The notes under the pieces are model-generated. The model was not told the DNA's origin. It saw only the letters and a program-made list of their open reading frames with translations, and did not search any database. From positions 25,428 through 89,427 of the IMG/VR virus record IMGVR_UViG_3300020036_009452: a stretch of DNA of 64,000 nt, one strand, 5' to 3'. Positions 40,561 to 51,245 of the stretch are shown here, one piece after another. Source of the stretch: a virus (lineage: Duplodnaviria; Caudoviricetes). Each line of letters begins with the position of its first letter. The stretch's first letter is position 1. The translations under genes and the position numbers were made by a program.

Positions 40561-41261
40561 TAAAAGCCTATATTTTCTTGTTGGTTCAAGCCTCCAAATA
40601 GACCCTCAAACATATTAGTTCTAGGAACTAGTCTATTTTGTTGGTTCTTTATATTCTCCAAAACAGAAAGTTCTGGAAGATTATTGTTTAGAGCTTTCTT
40701 CGATAGCGTATTCCACATGGTTAAGTGGAAGTTCATACGCTGGGCAGCGCCCTCTTCCTTCATCAAATCCTTAGCTAACCAGTATTTGTAGAGAACAAAA
40801 TGTGTTAGAGCTTCTTTTACAACCTCATCATCTGGGATTAGAATGTCACCATTCTCGTCTGTAGGGACAGCGAGGTAAGCAAGTAACAATTCACCAGTTT
40901 TAAAATTCAATGTGAATATACCTCTTGGGGAGAGATGAAATTCATACTTACAAGTTGAACAAAGGCATAAACTAGAGTCAAGGCAAATACCTGTAGCAAA
41001 TGTATTAGAAGACGCCTTCAAGGGGAAGAGCTGTCCTGATATTTTACCTACCACCTGCAGGACATATTTTATATCTTCCGGGGCTGTAGCTTTGTGCTCG
41101 TCAACAGGAAGGACAACAGTCTTCTGTTCGTACTTAGTTTCGAGATTCATTTGTAAGAATCCCTTGGCGGCATGTTCTAACATAACGGCTTCATTCCAGT
41201 ATCTATCATCTATAGATAGGCTGAGACCCGCTAGTACTGATTTAATAGAAATACTTCTCAT
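40560..41261 (-). CDS. Tail ring / tail tubular protein (P22 gp4-like)
   Basis: FTLNFKTGELLLAYLAVPTDENGDILIPDD..EALTHFV motif; conserved crAss position between the IHF-like and muzzle genes. Confidence 0.7.
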   Translation of the reverse strand: MRSISIKSVLAGLSLSIDDRYWNEAVMLEHAAKGFLQMNLETKYEQKTVVLPVDEHKATAPEDIKYVLQVVGKISGQLFPLKASSNTFATGICLDSSLCLCSTCKYEFHLSPRGIFTLNFKTGELLLAYLAVPTDENGDILIPDDEVVKEALTHFVLYKYWLAKDLMKEEGAAQRMNFHLTMWNTLSKKALNNNLPELSVLENIKNQQNRLVPRTNMFEGLFGGLNQQENIGF

Positions 41262-41673
41262 CTGGGGTTCTATATTTTTGTATGTAATTCTCGGTCTTTA
41301 GTAACTGCGCGAGCCTTCTGGCTTGTTGGCGCTTGAGCTTAAATTTGAATGTAGATTTTAAATACCCTGGAGTACTCTTCATTCAAGTAGGAACAACTGT
41401 ATACCCTTCGGTATGGAGATTCTTCATGTTAGCTCGTATGTCATGTTTATCTAACAGTACGTAGTCAGGTATAGGAGCTTGTTTTTTGAAGCATCCAAGT
41501 ATGCCGGCCCCCTGTGGCAACTTAACAAATCGCCCATTGAAAATCTCGCGGCACACTAAGTTATGAAATAATCTTAACACTAAACGGAATTGTTCTTTAG
41601 GGATCTGATCTTTGTCTGGGAATAACTCATATAGAGTCAACCAATTAGCTAGATACTTGGTCGTCTTTGGCAT
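41242..41673 (-). CDS. IHF/HU-like DNA-binding protein, 143 aa, one in-frame TGA (41383)
   Basis: REIFNGRFVKLPQGAGIL; NLHTEGYTVVPT[TGA]MKSTPGYLKSTFKFKLKRQQARRLAQLLK; ends TAA 41242. Confidence 0.7.
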
Positions 41674-42328
41674 TATTTTCGTTATCTTTTGGAGGGAAGG
41701 CTAGCCCATAGCGCATCAAGTCCAGAACCTTCTTATACATGGCTTCAATCAAATCAGGGTCTATTGGATATTCTTCTTCATAAACCTCTTTGCAAAGAGT
41801 AGAAGTAGTGTCAGTAGCGCAATTAAAACTATTAATTTCAGCTGGGTTGTCAAACAAAGAGTTTAATAACGCAACTTCTATATTTGTGTTATTGATTATG
41901 TATAGATACCCATCGTGTAGAAACCAACCCGCTTTAGGATTTTTATTTGTTAAAGAGTACTTAGCTAACTTATTAGCCGTAATGGAAGTCTTACTTATGT
42001 TCTCTCCAGCCAGTGTTAATACCTTAGCAAATTCTCCCCAACGGGTATTCAAGAACTTAGGTATTTTTATGGTTGAGCGCATTAGCGTGCAGCCAGCAGA
42101 TGGGTAATCACAACAGTTGTGTAGTGTGGCGGGTATCAGGGGAACGCAAAGTGATTGAAAACTTTGTTCAGAGATGTACCTGTATCGATCCGCTTTTTGT
42201 TCAGTTAATGTAGCCCGGGCTACATTCAGAAAATGAGCAATAAGCTCTAGACTAAAGCTGCTGTCTTTAGATCCAGAACCTTTCGCTACTAAATTTCTTA
42301 CAGCATAAATATGTTCTAGTAGGGTCAT
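41645..42328 (-). CDS. Tail ring (structural) protein
   Basis: MTLLEHIYAVRN..G...SFSLELIAHFLNVARATL and YLYIINN...LFDNP...YPIDPDLI, as in crAss ring proteins. Confidence 0.65.
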   Translation of the reverse strand: MTLLEHIYAVRNLVAKGSGSKDSSFSLELIAHFLNVARATLTEQKADRYRYISEQSFQSLCVPLIPATLHNCCDYPSAGCTLMRSTIKIPKFLNTRWGEFAKVLTLAGENISKTSITANKLAKYSLTNKNPKAGWFLHDGYLYIINNTNIEVALLNSLFDNPAEINSFNCATDTTSTLCKEVYEEEYPIDPDLIEAMYKKVLDLMRYGLAFPPKDNENNAKDDQVSS

Positions 42329-42329
42329 A

Positions 42330-42369
42330 TGTAAATATACGAAATAAAGGGCTAGTAATGTACAAAATA
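42330..42369 (-). promoter_or_regulatory. Possible Bacteroidetes sigma-A-type promoter for the ring/muzzle genes
   Basis: Minus strand: TTTG-23 nt-TATATTTA-cat-ATG. The -7 box is a variant (TAnnTTTA) and the spacer is longer than usual. Confidence 0.35.
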
Positions 42370-42813
42370 CTAGTTGCTAGGTTGACAGGGTAGTATTTCA
42401 ATAAATACTTTTTGTCGTTTTATGGCTGCCATTAGTAATACGATAAACTTACGTACAGTTTCACGGGAATTAATGATCTTTCTCTCTCCCTTCTGTCCCA
42501 ATAATAAGCATCCACTTGTGTCGGCCTCTGTTGTTCCAGAGTGGGCTCTGATACCATCGAAACCTGGTACTGCTAAGAGTAGGGGAAGCATCTTTTGGAA
42601 GCGTTCGGAGAAGCTCATTACAACTTCGTAACGACCATAAGGAATAGCCGTTTTATGTTTTATCTTTAATGCTTTTATTTTAGCTGGATCAGAACTATAC
42701 AAGTCCCGATCCTGGTCCTCTAGTACATAACAGAATAGAATTCCATCAATATACATGGGAGAAATAGTCTGGGCATCACCAGAAATTGGTGGACGTATTA
42801 TTTGAATATTCAT
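42370..42813 (-). CDS. DUF5675-family protein, putative endolysin (L,D-peptidase-like)
   Basis: CYVLEDQDR...TAIPYGRYEV..SERF...LPLLLAVPGFDGIRAHSG..DTSGCLLLG. Likely start MNIQ at 42813. Confidence 0.75.
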   Translation of the reverse strand: MNIQIIRPPISGDAQTISPMYIDGILFCYVLEDQDRDLYSSDPAKIKALKIKHKTAIPYGRYEVVMSFSERFQKMLPLLLAVPGFDGIRAHSGTTEADTSGCLLLGQKGERKIINSRETVRKFIVLLMAAIKRQKVFIEILPCQPSN

Positions 42814-42857
42814 AAATAAAAAATGCCCAGAGTACCATACGGCGCCCTGGGCTTGGT

Positions 42858-44186
42858 TTAAAGGGTAAAGGTCTTTGTTATAACACACTCGCCACCTGCA
42901 AAGGTAACTTTATACTGGTAAGTACCCGCAGTAGGATTTGTGAGCGTTAGATTGCTGCCCGTACCCAAAACAGTTAAACTTGGTGAGAGCCACTGTTGGG
43001 TATAGGGGGCACTAGTAGTTACAATGCCTTCGAGATTCTTAATTACACAATTGTTTATTGTCCCATCCACTGTTAATTGTGGATTTGTAAATACAGTTGT
43101 TGTATTCGGTGATGCTAAGGCAATAGCATAGAATGTGGTCGACGCCTGCTGTACCTGAGGTGTAGCTATACCATTTACATTTAATGTACTTGTACCGCAA
43201 GTATTGACAAAATTAAAAGTAGTATATGTAAAGCCAGGACGAGTATAGATGGGTGTAGCCCAGCCATTATCCAAACTACTTAATGTTAGAGTTGTATTGC
43301 TTGGGAACCAGAAATAACTAATCTGTATATCTTGTGGATTAATTCCCCACCATTTACCACTAGGTAGATGTTTTGTTCGCGTGATAAAATTCAAATGGCG
43401 ACCAACTTGTGATGTAACAATTTCTACATCTAAATCAATGTTCAAAGCTCCATCTATGGACTTTACGGCATTCTCTATTTGGGCTTTTAAAGCTGTTGTG
43501 AGATTCACTGAGTTAAGATCTAGGTCAGCTGGATTGACAGCACTACAAGTTCCACATACCCAAATATTAGTAGGTGAAATATCTAAATTGAAAGCTGTCA
43601 CATTACCATTCTCATAACGATAAAGCTTTATCGTTTTTATGTAGGAGCTCGCAGTACCAACTATGGGTTTAGTCATGTATTGTATTCCAACAGCTGGGTG
43701 ATACTGAGAACCTGATAATACTGTGGCTCCGTTGAAGTATGTTCCAGTTGTAAAAGCAGTTGTATGTACAATATTGGAATTGGCGTCTCTGACAATGGCA
43801 GAAGCTCCAGCAGGTTGTGCTACAGAATTTGGTGTTAATGTGATTGACATATAAGCAGAACTGTCGAAATCATTTTCGACTGCTTTTGTATAGCCACCAC
43901 CAGAAGTCTGCTGTTTCACACTGCTAGATAATAGGTCTGCACAAGCTGGTGTGCTTGAGCAGGTGCTTGGAAGGATTTCTAATCCTTGTATGCTGCATAG
44001 TTGCGCGTCTGGTAGTGTACAATCTGTCTCATCCAATTTAGCCCAACGCCACAATAAGTAAGCCTCTTTAGCGGCTTCTTCTTGTAAGCAACAATCTAAT
44101 TGGTATCTCAGACATTTCTTATATTCTATTACCTTGGCGACAAAATTACATTGTGCAGCTGCAACTTGCGCAGGTTGTAGTATCAT
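42858..44186 (-). CDS. Tail/structural protein with a Cys-rich N-terminus and a C-terminal Ig/PKD-like repeat
   Basis: Thr/Ser-rich; ends QWLSPSLTVLGTGSNLTLTNPTAGTYQYKVT...CVITKTF. Confidence 0.55.
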   Translation of the reverse strand: MILQPAQVAAAQCNFVAKVIEYKKCLRYQLDCCLQEEAAKEAYLLWRWAKLDETDCTLPDAQLCSIQGLEILPSTCSSTPACADLLSSSVKQQTSGGGYTKAVENDFDSSAYMSITLTPNSVAQPAGASAIVRDANSNIVHTTAFTTGTYFNGATVLSGSQYHPAVGIQYMTKPIVGTASSYIKTIKLYRYENGNVTAFNLDISPTNIWVCGTCSAVNPADLDLNSVNLTTALKAQIENAVKSIDGALNIDLDVEIVTSQVGRHLNFITRTKHLPSGKWWGINPQDIQISYFWFPSNTTLTLSSLDNGWATPIYTRPGFTYTTFNFVNTCGTSTLNVNGIATPQVQQASTTFYAIALASPNTTTVFTNPQLTVDGTINNCVIKNLEGIVTTSAPYTQQWLSPSLTVLGTGSNLTLTNPTAGTYQYKVTFAGGECVITKTFTL

Positions 44187-44604
44187 CTGTGTCTATTGAG
44201 TTGAACATTGATTGAAGAGTTGCACAATCACAGGTTGCACACGAATTTGATGCCTTCAAGGCTTCGTAAGCTAGTACTTTTTCTAGTACTGGTGTTGCAT
44301 ACCAACTTAGTGTTGTAGCAGCGCACTCTTTTCCACAAAGTATGACAGCGCAGCCTAGATCGCTTTGTATACTGGAACTAGCTAGCGTGTTTATAAATTT
44401 AATTGTGTATACCCCATCGGTGAAGGTATCCTCCATATCTACATGTTCAGGCAGAAGCGTGAAGGAGGAAATTCCTGTGGGGACAGTAACGGTGTGAGCA
44501 GTGCCGTTATATGTTACTGTTAATGTGTTAGCTGTATTTAAGACTAACAGAATATCAGATGTAATAACGATCTGAGAACACGTAGAATTAGGTGTTATAG
44601 TCAT
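44146..44604 (-). CDS. Cys-rich tail hub/structural protein
   Basis: FTDGVYTIKF; LGCAVILCGKEC; SCATCDC; CASCSC. Confidence 0.5.
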   Translation of the reverse strand: MTITPNSTCSQIVITSDILLVLNTANTLTVTYNGTAHTVTVPTGISSFTLLPEHVDMEDTFTDGVYTIKFINTLASSSIQSDLGCAVILCGKECAATTLSWYATPVLEKVLAYEALKASNSCATCDCATLQSMFNSIDTDDTTTCASCSCTM

Positions 44605-44614
44605 TTAATTTCTT

Positions 44615-45313
44615 TTAAAACATTTGCATGAAGTCTCCTCCACCATTATAACTAATTATCATTGCGCCAGCCCTGCCAGCACCACCAGCTCTGTCAGTAG
44701 CACTATTTGCCCTACCTCCAGAACCACCACCTCCATAATAAGTTGTTGGTGAAGCACCAGCTGTATTTGAGTTTACGCCGTTGGCGCCTGGGCCAGCTAC
44801 TGAACCTGTTCCGGTTCCAGCCGTTCCACCAGTAGCGCCAGAAGCATTGCCACCAACTGATCCTGGGCCAGCACAACCACCACCGGCCCCGCCGCCACTA
44901 GTATAGTTACCATTTGAACCATCTCCACCATCGTTTAGAACAGTACCAGCTGTTGCAGTACCGCCAGGACCAGCAAATCCATTTGCACCATTTATAGAAG
45001 TGCCCGTACCCCCTTGTCCTCCGTCTGCGTTTAAGGTAGATGAATTATTAAAGAAAGTAGACCCACCAGTACCGCCATTACCTCCAACGGAAGTACCAGC
45101 AGCACCTGCTGCTCCAATTTGGATTGTATATGAAGTCCCTGGAGTTACACCTTGAGTAGCAGCAGCATAAGCGCCACCGCCACCACCTCCGCCGCCAGAA
45201 CCATTACCTGCGGCTCCACCACCGCCGCCGCCTCCTCCATAACATTCTACATAAATTGACGTTACACCATAAGGACAAACCCATGATGTACCTGATGTTA
45301 TAATTGTTCTCAT
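44615..45313 (-). CDS. Glycine-rich tail-tip domain protein
   Basis: WVCPYGVTSIYVECYGGGGGGG...GGGGGAY...YTIQIGAAG...GRAGAMIISY. Confidence 0.7.
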   Translation of the reverse strand: MRTIITSGTSWVCPYGVTSIYVECYGGGGGGGGAAGNGSGGGGGGGGAYAAATQGVTPGTSYTIQIGAAGAAGTSVGGNGGTGGSTFFNNSSTLNADGGQGGTGTSINGANGFAGPGGTATAGTVLNDGGDGSNGNYTSGGGAGGGCAGPGSVGGNASGATGGTAGTGTGSVAGPGANGVNSNTAGASPTTYYGGGGSGGRANSATDRAGGAGRAGAMIISYNGGGDFMQMF

Positions 45314-45314
45314 A

Positions 45315-47153
45315 TTAAGCTTCCATGTTTACAGAAACTACATCCCATTTTGTATCTGTAGAATTATAGATACAACCAAGATATAATGTCTTGTTAATTA
45401 CTGTAGTCGTTGGTAATGTTACACCCATTGCTCTATAAACAGCATTATATGCTAAAGTCCTGGCAGTACCATTATCTTTAACTCTATAAATTAATTTAGT
45501 TCCTTGTACTGGAGTACCGGTTGGGGCACCAAAAGTACAGTTACCAGCTAAGGCCGTCATGATATAAATATCTGTAGTAGATACGTCTGGAGCAGGAGCC
45601 GTATTAGAAGTTGTAGAAGCTATTCTAGGATCAATACGTTTGTTAGTAAGAGTCTGAGTATCAGTATTACCAACGATTGTCCCAGAAGGGGCAGTAACTA
45701 CTCCGTAAGCACCAGATGTTGCTGTAACAATACCAGAAGTAGTAGCGGCTTTAATAACTTTACCAGAAGTGGAGTTAAAGAGTACTATCTGATTATCTAC
45801 AGAAGAACCCGGACCAGTAACGTCTCCGCTACCAACTGTTGACCAAGATAAAGTGCCAGAACCGTTTGTTATAAGTGCTTCACCACTATTACCATCCGTT
45901 GTAGGTAAGATAAGAGTGTATGAAGTGGTTAATGCCCCTGTAGATGGTGTTTGTATTCCAATATATTGTGTTTGGTCAGAATCATATAAACGAAGTACAC
46001 CATCAATATATTCCATTTGAGTAGTGCCAGAACCAATTGCAACGGAAGTATTACTTACATTCACATACTGAGTTCCATCTTCTGAGAATAAAGACGCAGA
46101 AGAGTTAGCATCATCTAAAAATACGGCACTAGATCCAGAGTTATAGTTAAAAGCTAAAACCCCAGAGTTTACCATTGTCCCAGTTAAGTTAGCTGCTAAT
46201 GTACCATTGGTTAATTTAGCAAAGCTAACATCATTGATCTTAGCGTTTGTTACAGCTGACGCATCAATAGTCCAAACTGTACCACTAGAAGAAACTGTTA
46301 TATCGCCTTTATCACCGTCAGCTACGGAGGCTGCTTGTTGGTCTAGTTGATACCTAGTAGATCCCACCGTGAAATATAGGTGGGATGTATGATACTCTAA
46401 TGCTCCATCCTCTGGTGTAGTCATAGCAGTACCAGAAGTGAATTTTAAGGGCGCTGTGCTTGCCGAAGCAGTGCCTGCGCCTAGGTGCAACTTAGCGGTG
46501 GGGCTTGTTTGCATAACACCCATTGCTGAACCAGTAAGTGTAATATTACTAGTTGACATTGTGGATGGGTCAGTACCCAAGCCAATATAGAACTTATCAC
46601 TTCCTGAATTGTCAACACCTACCACATATCCAACCTCTGCAGTTGTTAATTTAACAAAGGGGTCTCCACCACCTGTTGAGGTAGAAAGAGATAATGCTGC
46701 GTGAGAAGTAGAAGAGCTTGTATTACTGTTTGTAATACTTACATTAATTGTTCCCGTAGCGTCAGTATTGCTTCTAAAAGGAATGAAGGCGCCAGTAACG
46801 CTAGACGCGGCGGAAGCATCTACACCTCCATTCTGGCCTTGAATTCTTATACCATAGGATGTTCCACCAGTCATTTGCAATTGATTGGTAGAATCATCGA
46901 AAAAGAAATTAGTGGCGTCGGAACTAAAGGCTCCTGAACCACCTGAAAATTGAACTGCACCGGCAATACCAGAGGAAGATCCCCCGCCTGCTGCGGCTTG
47001 GAATGTAGGGGCGGCACCAGCTCCATTGGACGTCAGCACATGTCCTGCAGTTCCAACAGCTACTGTTGTGGGATTTCCAGAGGAGTCCCATGTTATTAGT
47101 TCTCCATCTGTACCGTTTGCAAGTTGCGCGACTTTAAATCCTGTTCTGGCCAT
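45315..47153 (-). CDS. Tail fibre protein
   Basis: [23 protein letters not shown] and C-terminal YRVKDNGTARTLAYN..YRAMG..LPTTT modules typical of phage fibres. Confidence 0.7.
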   Translation of the reverse strand: MARTGFKVAQLANGTDGELITWDSSGNPTTVAVGTAGHVLTSNGAGAAPTFQAAAGGGSSSGIAGAVQFSGGSGAFSSDATNFFFDDSTNQLQMTGGTSYGIRIQGQNGGVDASAASSVTGAFIPFRSNTDATGTINVSITNSNTSSSTSHAALSLSTSTGGGDPFVKLTTAEVGYVVGVDNSGSDKFYIGLGTDPSTMSTSNITLTGSAMGVMQTSPTAKLHLGAGTASASTAPLKFTSGTAMTTPEDGALEYHTSHLYFTVGSTRYQLDQQAASVADGDKGDITVSSSGTVWTIDASAVTNAKINDVSFAKLTNGTLAANLTGTMVNSGVLAFNYNSGSSAVFLDDANSSASLFSEDGTQYVNVSNTSVAIGSGTTQMEYIDGVLRLYDSDQTQYIGIQTPSTGALTTSYTLILPTTDGNSGEALITNGSGTLSWSTVGSGDVTGPGSSVDNQIVLFNSTSGKVIKAATTSGIVTATSGAYGVVTAPSGTIVGNTDTQTLTNKRIDPRIASTTSNTAPAPDVSTTDIYIMTALAGNCTFGAPTGTPVQGTKLIYRVKDNGTARTLAYNAVYRAMGVTLPTTTVINKTLYLGCIYNSTDTKWDVVSVNMEA

Positions 47154-47156
47154 ATA

Positions 47157-49079
47157 TTATCCAAATTTAATAATGAGAAGACTTTCGTCTGATGTAAGTG
47201 CTGAGGCAAGGGTAAGTACACCGGTTGCTGATACGAGTGTGTAGTCACGAGAAACAGTGCCTGAACGAGATAGTACAATACCGTTACGGATAACCATAAC
47301 CAGATCAAGATCTGTAGGAACAGTGAAGGCGATATTGTTGCCATCTACGTCAGTAACAGCGGTTCCTGAGTCAAGGTCAATTACAGAAGAAGTGCTACCA
47401 GTTAAGTAAGCCCTAGTTCCAGCAATAGATGCGGCCCAGCTAGCTGTGGTACCATTTGATTTCAGCACAGTACCGTTGGAGCCGATAGTAAGCTTATTCC
47501 ACGTATTGGAAGCTGCGCCGACTAATAGATCACCGACAGCATTTGTTGTATGCCCAGTCCCACCAAAAGTTGCACCGATAGCAGTACCATTCCATGTTCC
47601 TGTAGAAATTGTACCTAAGGTAGTAATGGTAGCTTGGCCAACATAGGAAGAAGAAATATCGATAGTTGGATCACCGGATACACCAGTACCATTAGTAATA
47701 GTAATGCGATTGCTTGTCCCAGTAACAGTTCTTGTTGCCCAAGTAGATGTACCTGTACGAACAGCAACCCCACTAGTAGACAATCCTTCTACGGCAGCCA
47801 AATCATCTGCAAGTGCAAATGTAAATGTACCAGAAGAAGTAATTGGGCCACCAGTGATAGTAAGACCCGCGGCTGGTTGGGTTGTAGCAACAGAAGAAAC
47901 CGTGCCTGTTGTTTGAATTCTAGAGAACGCAATAGCATCTGTACCTAAGGTAGTAACCTCAGAAACAGTGAACCACAGAGTTCCATTATTAGTTGTGCCA
48001 TCTTGAACTAAGACATATACACCGTCGATTTCTGCGGCAGTATTCATCCAGGCAACACGGGTAAGAAGAATAGAAGTACCTACACCAGAAACGACATAAA
48101 CACCGTTATTGAACGTACCACCGCTACCACCAGTCACAGAATCTTTTACAAGAATTGTTTCATCGTTAGCGTAAGTCACACCATCGTGTGTGAAAGAAGT
48201 ACCACCTAAGGTAATAGTAGTAGCAGTTTGCGCAGAGGCAGTAAGAATACCGGTTGTAGCACCGCGTACTGAACCAGACTTAAAGCCCGCTACGTTGTTT
48301 AATACCCAGCCCACAGTAGCCACGTCAGTATTAGCCGAAGGGGTACCGTTTAGGGTTATATTGTTAGAGAAGGTCCAAGTACCAGAAATAGTTTCGTTGG
48401 CGTTCTTGAATGCTACGTTTGAATCAATATCAATTGTAGGATTACCAGAAACACCACCACCATTTGTGATAGACACTCTACTTGCAGTTCCAGTGATAGT
48501 CCTTACAGACCAAGTATCCGAACCCGTACGAGCAGCAAAGCCATTAGAAGCAAGAGCTTCCAAAGCAGATAGGTCGTTAGCAAGAGCTAGGGTTGGGTTA
48601 CCAGACACACCATTACCATTAGTAACAGTAATACCGGCAGCAGGGCCAGTTAAGGTGCGACCAGTGAATGTATCGGCCGCTGTTTGAACTAGGATACCGT
48701 TTGTATTATAGGCAGCTAGTGCATTCAAAGTAGCGTCAAGCGTAATAGATGTTACACCACCACCAGCATCGGCAGCCGTGAATCCACCGCCAATAAGGTT
48801 TAAAGTACTGTTACCCGGTCCTACAGTTACACCCTCTTCTTGCATAGTTGTGTAACCACCAGCACCAGCTGTGGCATTAAGAGTAGTACCAGAAATTGAA
48901 AGGTTTGTGCCAATAGTCAGCGGTACTAATGCTGTGGCAGAGTGGTCATAAAACCACAGGTGATCGGCTCCTAAACTAGGGCTGACAATAGCGAACTTAT
49001 TGGAACTATCAGACGCTATTAACGATCCAGGATTGGTTGAATCCTTAATTTGTTTCGGTTGAACTTGTGTAATTGCCAT
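47157..49079 (-). CDS. Tail fibre protein with repeated TNG.GVSG[ND]PT modules
   Basis: Three GVSG[ND]PT repeats; ILVKD...NGVYVV...RVAWMN...VLVQDGT.NNGTLW. Confidence 0.7.
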   Translation of the reverse strand: MAITQVQPKQIKDSTNPGSLIASDSSNKFAIVSPSLGADHLWFYDHSATALVPLTIGTNLSISGTTLNATAGAGGYTTMQEEGVTVGPGNSTLNLIGGGFTAADAGGGVTSITLDATLNALAAYNTNGILVQTAADTFTGRTLTGPAAGITVTNGNGVSGNPTLALANDLSALEALASNGFAARTGSDTWSVRTITGTASRVSITNGGGVSGNPTIDIDSNVAFKNANETISGTWTFSNNITLNGTPSANTDVATVGWVLNNVAGFKSGSVRGATTGILTASAQTATTITLGGTSFTHDGVTYANDETILVKDSVTGGSGGTFNNGVYVVSGVGTSILLTRVAWMNTAAEIDGVYVLVQDGTTNNGTLWFTVSEVTTLGTDAIAFSRIQTTGTVSSVATTQPAAGLTITGGPITSSGTFTFALADDLAAVEGLSTSGVAVRTGTSTWATRTVTGTSNRITITNGTGVSGDPTIDISSSYVGQATITTLGTISTGTWNGTAIGATFGGTGHTTNAVGDLLVGAASNTWNKLTIGSNGTVLKSNGTTASWAASIAGTRAYLTGSTSSVIDLDSGTAVTDVDGNNIAFTVPTDLDLVMVIRNGIVLSRSGTVSRDYTLVSATGVLTLASALTSDESLLIIKFG

Positions 49080-51163
49080 TATATGTAGTAAATTGCTGTG
49101 ACTTTATCATTTGATGCTAGTATAGTCACCCAGGTAATTGTGGCACCTGCTAATGTATAATCGTCAGTAACTATTTGGTATAAACCATTTCGATATAGAG
49201 TGAATGGAGCATAACTTAGAGGAGTAGCCGCTAGAGTTGTTGACATGCTAGTTACTCCTGATTGAGTCTCTGTGATTGGCGAAAGTGAGACATAATCAGT
49301 TCCATTGTGAACAAGAATGTCACCTAATGAGCCCCCTGGAAGAGATCCGCCTCCACCTCCGGCAGCTTGCCATGTAGGAAGTGTTCCAGCTCCGTTACTT
49401 GTTAGAACATAACCGGAAGTTCCAGCTGCGATTCTTTGTATGTTACCAGCAGAATTCCTAGTGAATAAGTCACCCGTAGCGTCAGAACCCAGATCAATTT
49501 TTAAAGCCGAATCTATATAGACCAGCCCTGATACAGTGGTTAGAGTTAAATCTCCCGATGTTGTCTTTATATAATAATCATCTGCCTTTAGTATGCCAAA
49601 GTTACCAATCGTTAATGGTGTCCCAGTAGAATCACCTATATAGATTGTTCCATCATCATCTAAAGAAAAGACTATATTATCAGAGGCGTCTAGGTGCTGG
49701 TAGCCCCAAGCAGATGAGCCAGTACTCAAACCTTTAGTGGTAAGAATAACATTTGTAGGTATAGAAGGAGTGTTTATCGCTAACCCTGTTCCATCGTAGA
49801 TGAAGTTTACATCACTGATAAGAGCAGTCGCCCCAGCATTCCAGTAAGGAACTTGATAAGCACCACCACTTCCAGATATACCACCTCCTCCAGTGCTGTT
49901 TACTGTTAGTGTATTGGCAACATCATTATATGTTAGTGTGATGTTTGTGCCAGCAACTAATAAACTATTAACTCGGTCATCTACAGCTTCACTAAAGTCG
50001 GTGACCTCAGAAGCTGTGATTGGAGTAGCTGTTGAACTTATTGTAAGCGTATTAGCTACATCATTGTACGTTAATGTAATGTCAGTTCCAGCAACAAGTA
50101 GTGCACTTACTCGATCATCTATAGTTTCAACTAGATCGGTTATTTGGCCTACACCAATAACTACAGGTGTATCGGAAGCCGCTGTAAGTTGTCCCTGTGA
50201 ATTTACTGTAAAACTAGGTATTGAAGAGGCGCTTCCATAAGAAGCTGCAACAACCCCGGTATCAGTTATGCTCAATGTTCTATTGGCTGTAATATTACCG
50301 CCACCAGTTAGTCCAGTACCAGCTAGAATAGACACAGTTGAGTGATCTATGTGTTTATTAGCCTCCCAGTTTAAAAGAGCATTGTGGTCTATGGCTCCAG
50401 TAATAACAGAACCTGTAATACTCGCAGAAGCGTCATTATAGGTAAAGTTTATTGTAGAAGAATCTACTATCATATTCCCAACGGCATCTTGCGCCATCTC
50501 ATCTGTATACGCAGTTAAGGTAGATGAGATTGTTAGAGAATTTGTAGCATCATTGTAAAATAAACCAACACCCGATCCAGCAACTAAAAAAGAAGCTACT
50601 TCATCTTGAATGAATTCTTCTAGGTCACTAACTTGAGCAGGATCAATAATAATAGGCATTGCTGCCACAGCTGTTAAGCGACCTTGTGCATCAACAGTGA
50701 TACTAGGAACTGTGGAAGCGTTTCCATAAGTTCCAGCAGTAACCCCAGTATTGGTAAGGTTTAAAGTTCTATTTGCCACTAATGTACCACCACCGCTCAA
50801 ACCAGTTCCTGCTAAAATAGAAATAGTCGAGTGGTCTATGTGCTCATTAGCTACAAAATTTAATAGTGCGTCATGGTCTACACCACCAGGTATAACCACA
50901 CCTGTTATGAAGGGAGTACTATCGTCATAAGTAAAATTAATGCTGCTGGAGTCTGTGAAAATACTACCAACGGCATCTTGTATAACTTCCGTAGTTACAG
51001 AACTACCACCCCCTAGACTATTAACAACAAGCTCAATTGATTCGTATAAATTTACCGAATCATTATATAGGACAAGTCCGGCCTCGGCTGGATTCCTATT
51101 GTTTCTTTTTCTGGATATGTTTATAGGGATATCCAGTTCCTTGATTTTATCAATTGTTAACAT
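49079..51163 (-). CDS. Tail fibre protein with long internal tandem repeats
   Basis: Two ~155-aa repeats plus a partial third (see repeat feature); C-terminal [13 protein letters not shown]. Confidence 0.7.
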   Translation of the reverse strand: MLTIDKIKELDIPINISRKRNNRNPAEAGLVLYNDSVNLYESIELVVNSLGGGSSVTTEVIQDAVGSIFTDSSSINFTYDDSTPFITGVVIPGGVDHDALLNFVANEHIDHSTISILAGTGLSGGGTLVANRTLNLTNTGVTAGTYGNASTVPSITVDAQGRLTAVAAMPIIIDPAQVSDLEEFIQDEVASFLVAGSGVGLFYNDATNSLTISSTLTAYTDEMAQDAVGNMIVDSSTINFTYNDASASITGSVITGAIDHNALLNWEANKHIDHSTVSILAGTGLTGGGNITANRTLSITDTGVVAASYGSASSIPSFTVNSQGQLTAASDTPVVIGVGQITDLVETIDDRVSALLVAGTDITLTYNDVANTLTISSTATPITASEVTDFSEAVDDRVNSLLVAGTNITLTYNDVANTLTVNSTGGGGISGSGGAYQVPYWNAGATALISDVNFIYDGTGLAINTPSIPTNVILTTKGLSTGSSAWGYQHLDASDNIVFSLDDDGTIYIGDSTGTPLTIGNFGILKADDYYIKTTSGDLTLTTVSGLVYIDSALKIDLGSDATGDLFTRNSAGNIQRIAAGTSGYVLTSNGAGTLPTWQAAGGGGGSLPGGSLGDILVHNGTDYVSLSPITETQSGVTSMSTTLAATPLSYAPFTLYRNGLYQIVTDDYTLAGATITWVTILASNDKVTAIYYI
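49895..50988 (-). repeat. Protein-level tandem duplication inside the tail fibre gene
   Basis: [14 protein letters not shown]...[25 protein letters not shown]...ANRTL occurs twice; LVAG....YND..N.LT occurs three times. Confidence 0.8.
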
Positions 51164-51196
51164 CTCTTGCTTTGAATAAGGGCACTAGTATAGAAT

Positions 51197-51234
51197 AAAA
51201 AGAAAAGGGGAACAGAGCATAAGCCCCATCCCCC
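51197..51234 (-). terminator. Intrinsic terminator after the 459-aa structural gene
   Basis: Minus strand: GGGGGATGGGGC-ttat-GCTCTGTTCCCC (12 bp, 4 G.U pairs) followed by TTTTCTTTTT. Confidence 0.75.
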
Positions 51235-51245
51235 TAATTTCATAT

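Noticed and set aside
44615-45313. Gly-rich low-complexity stretch as a PE-PGRS-like or novel repeat
   Set aside because: It is the common glycine-rich tail-tip domain of phage fibres.
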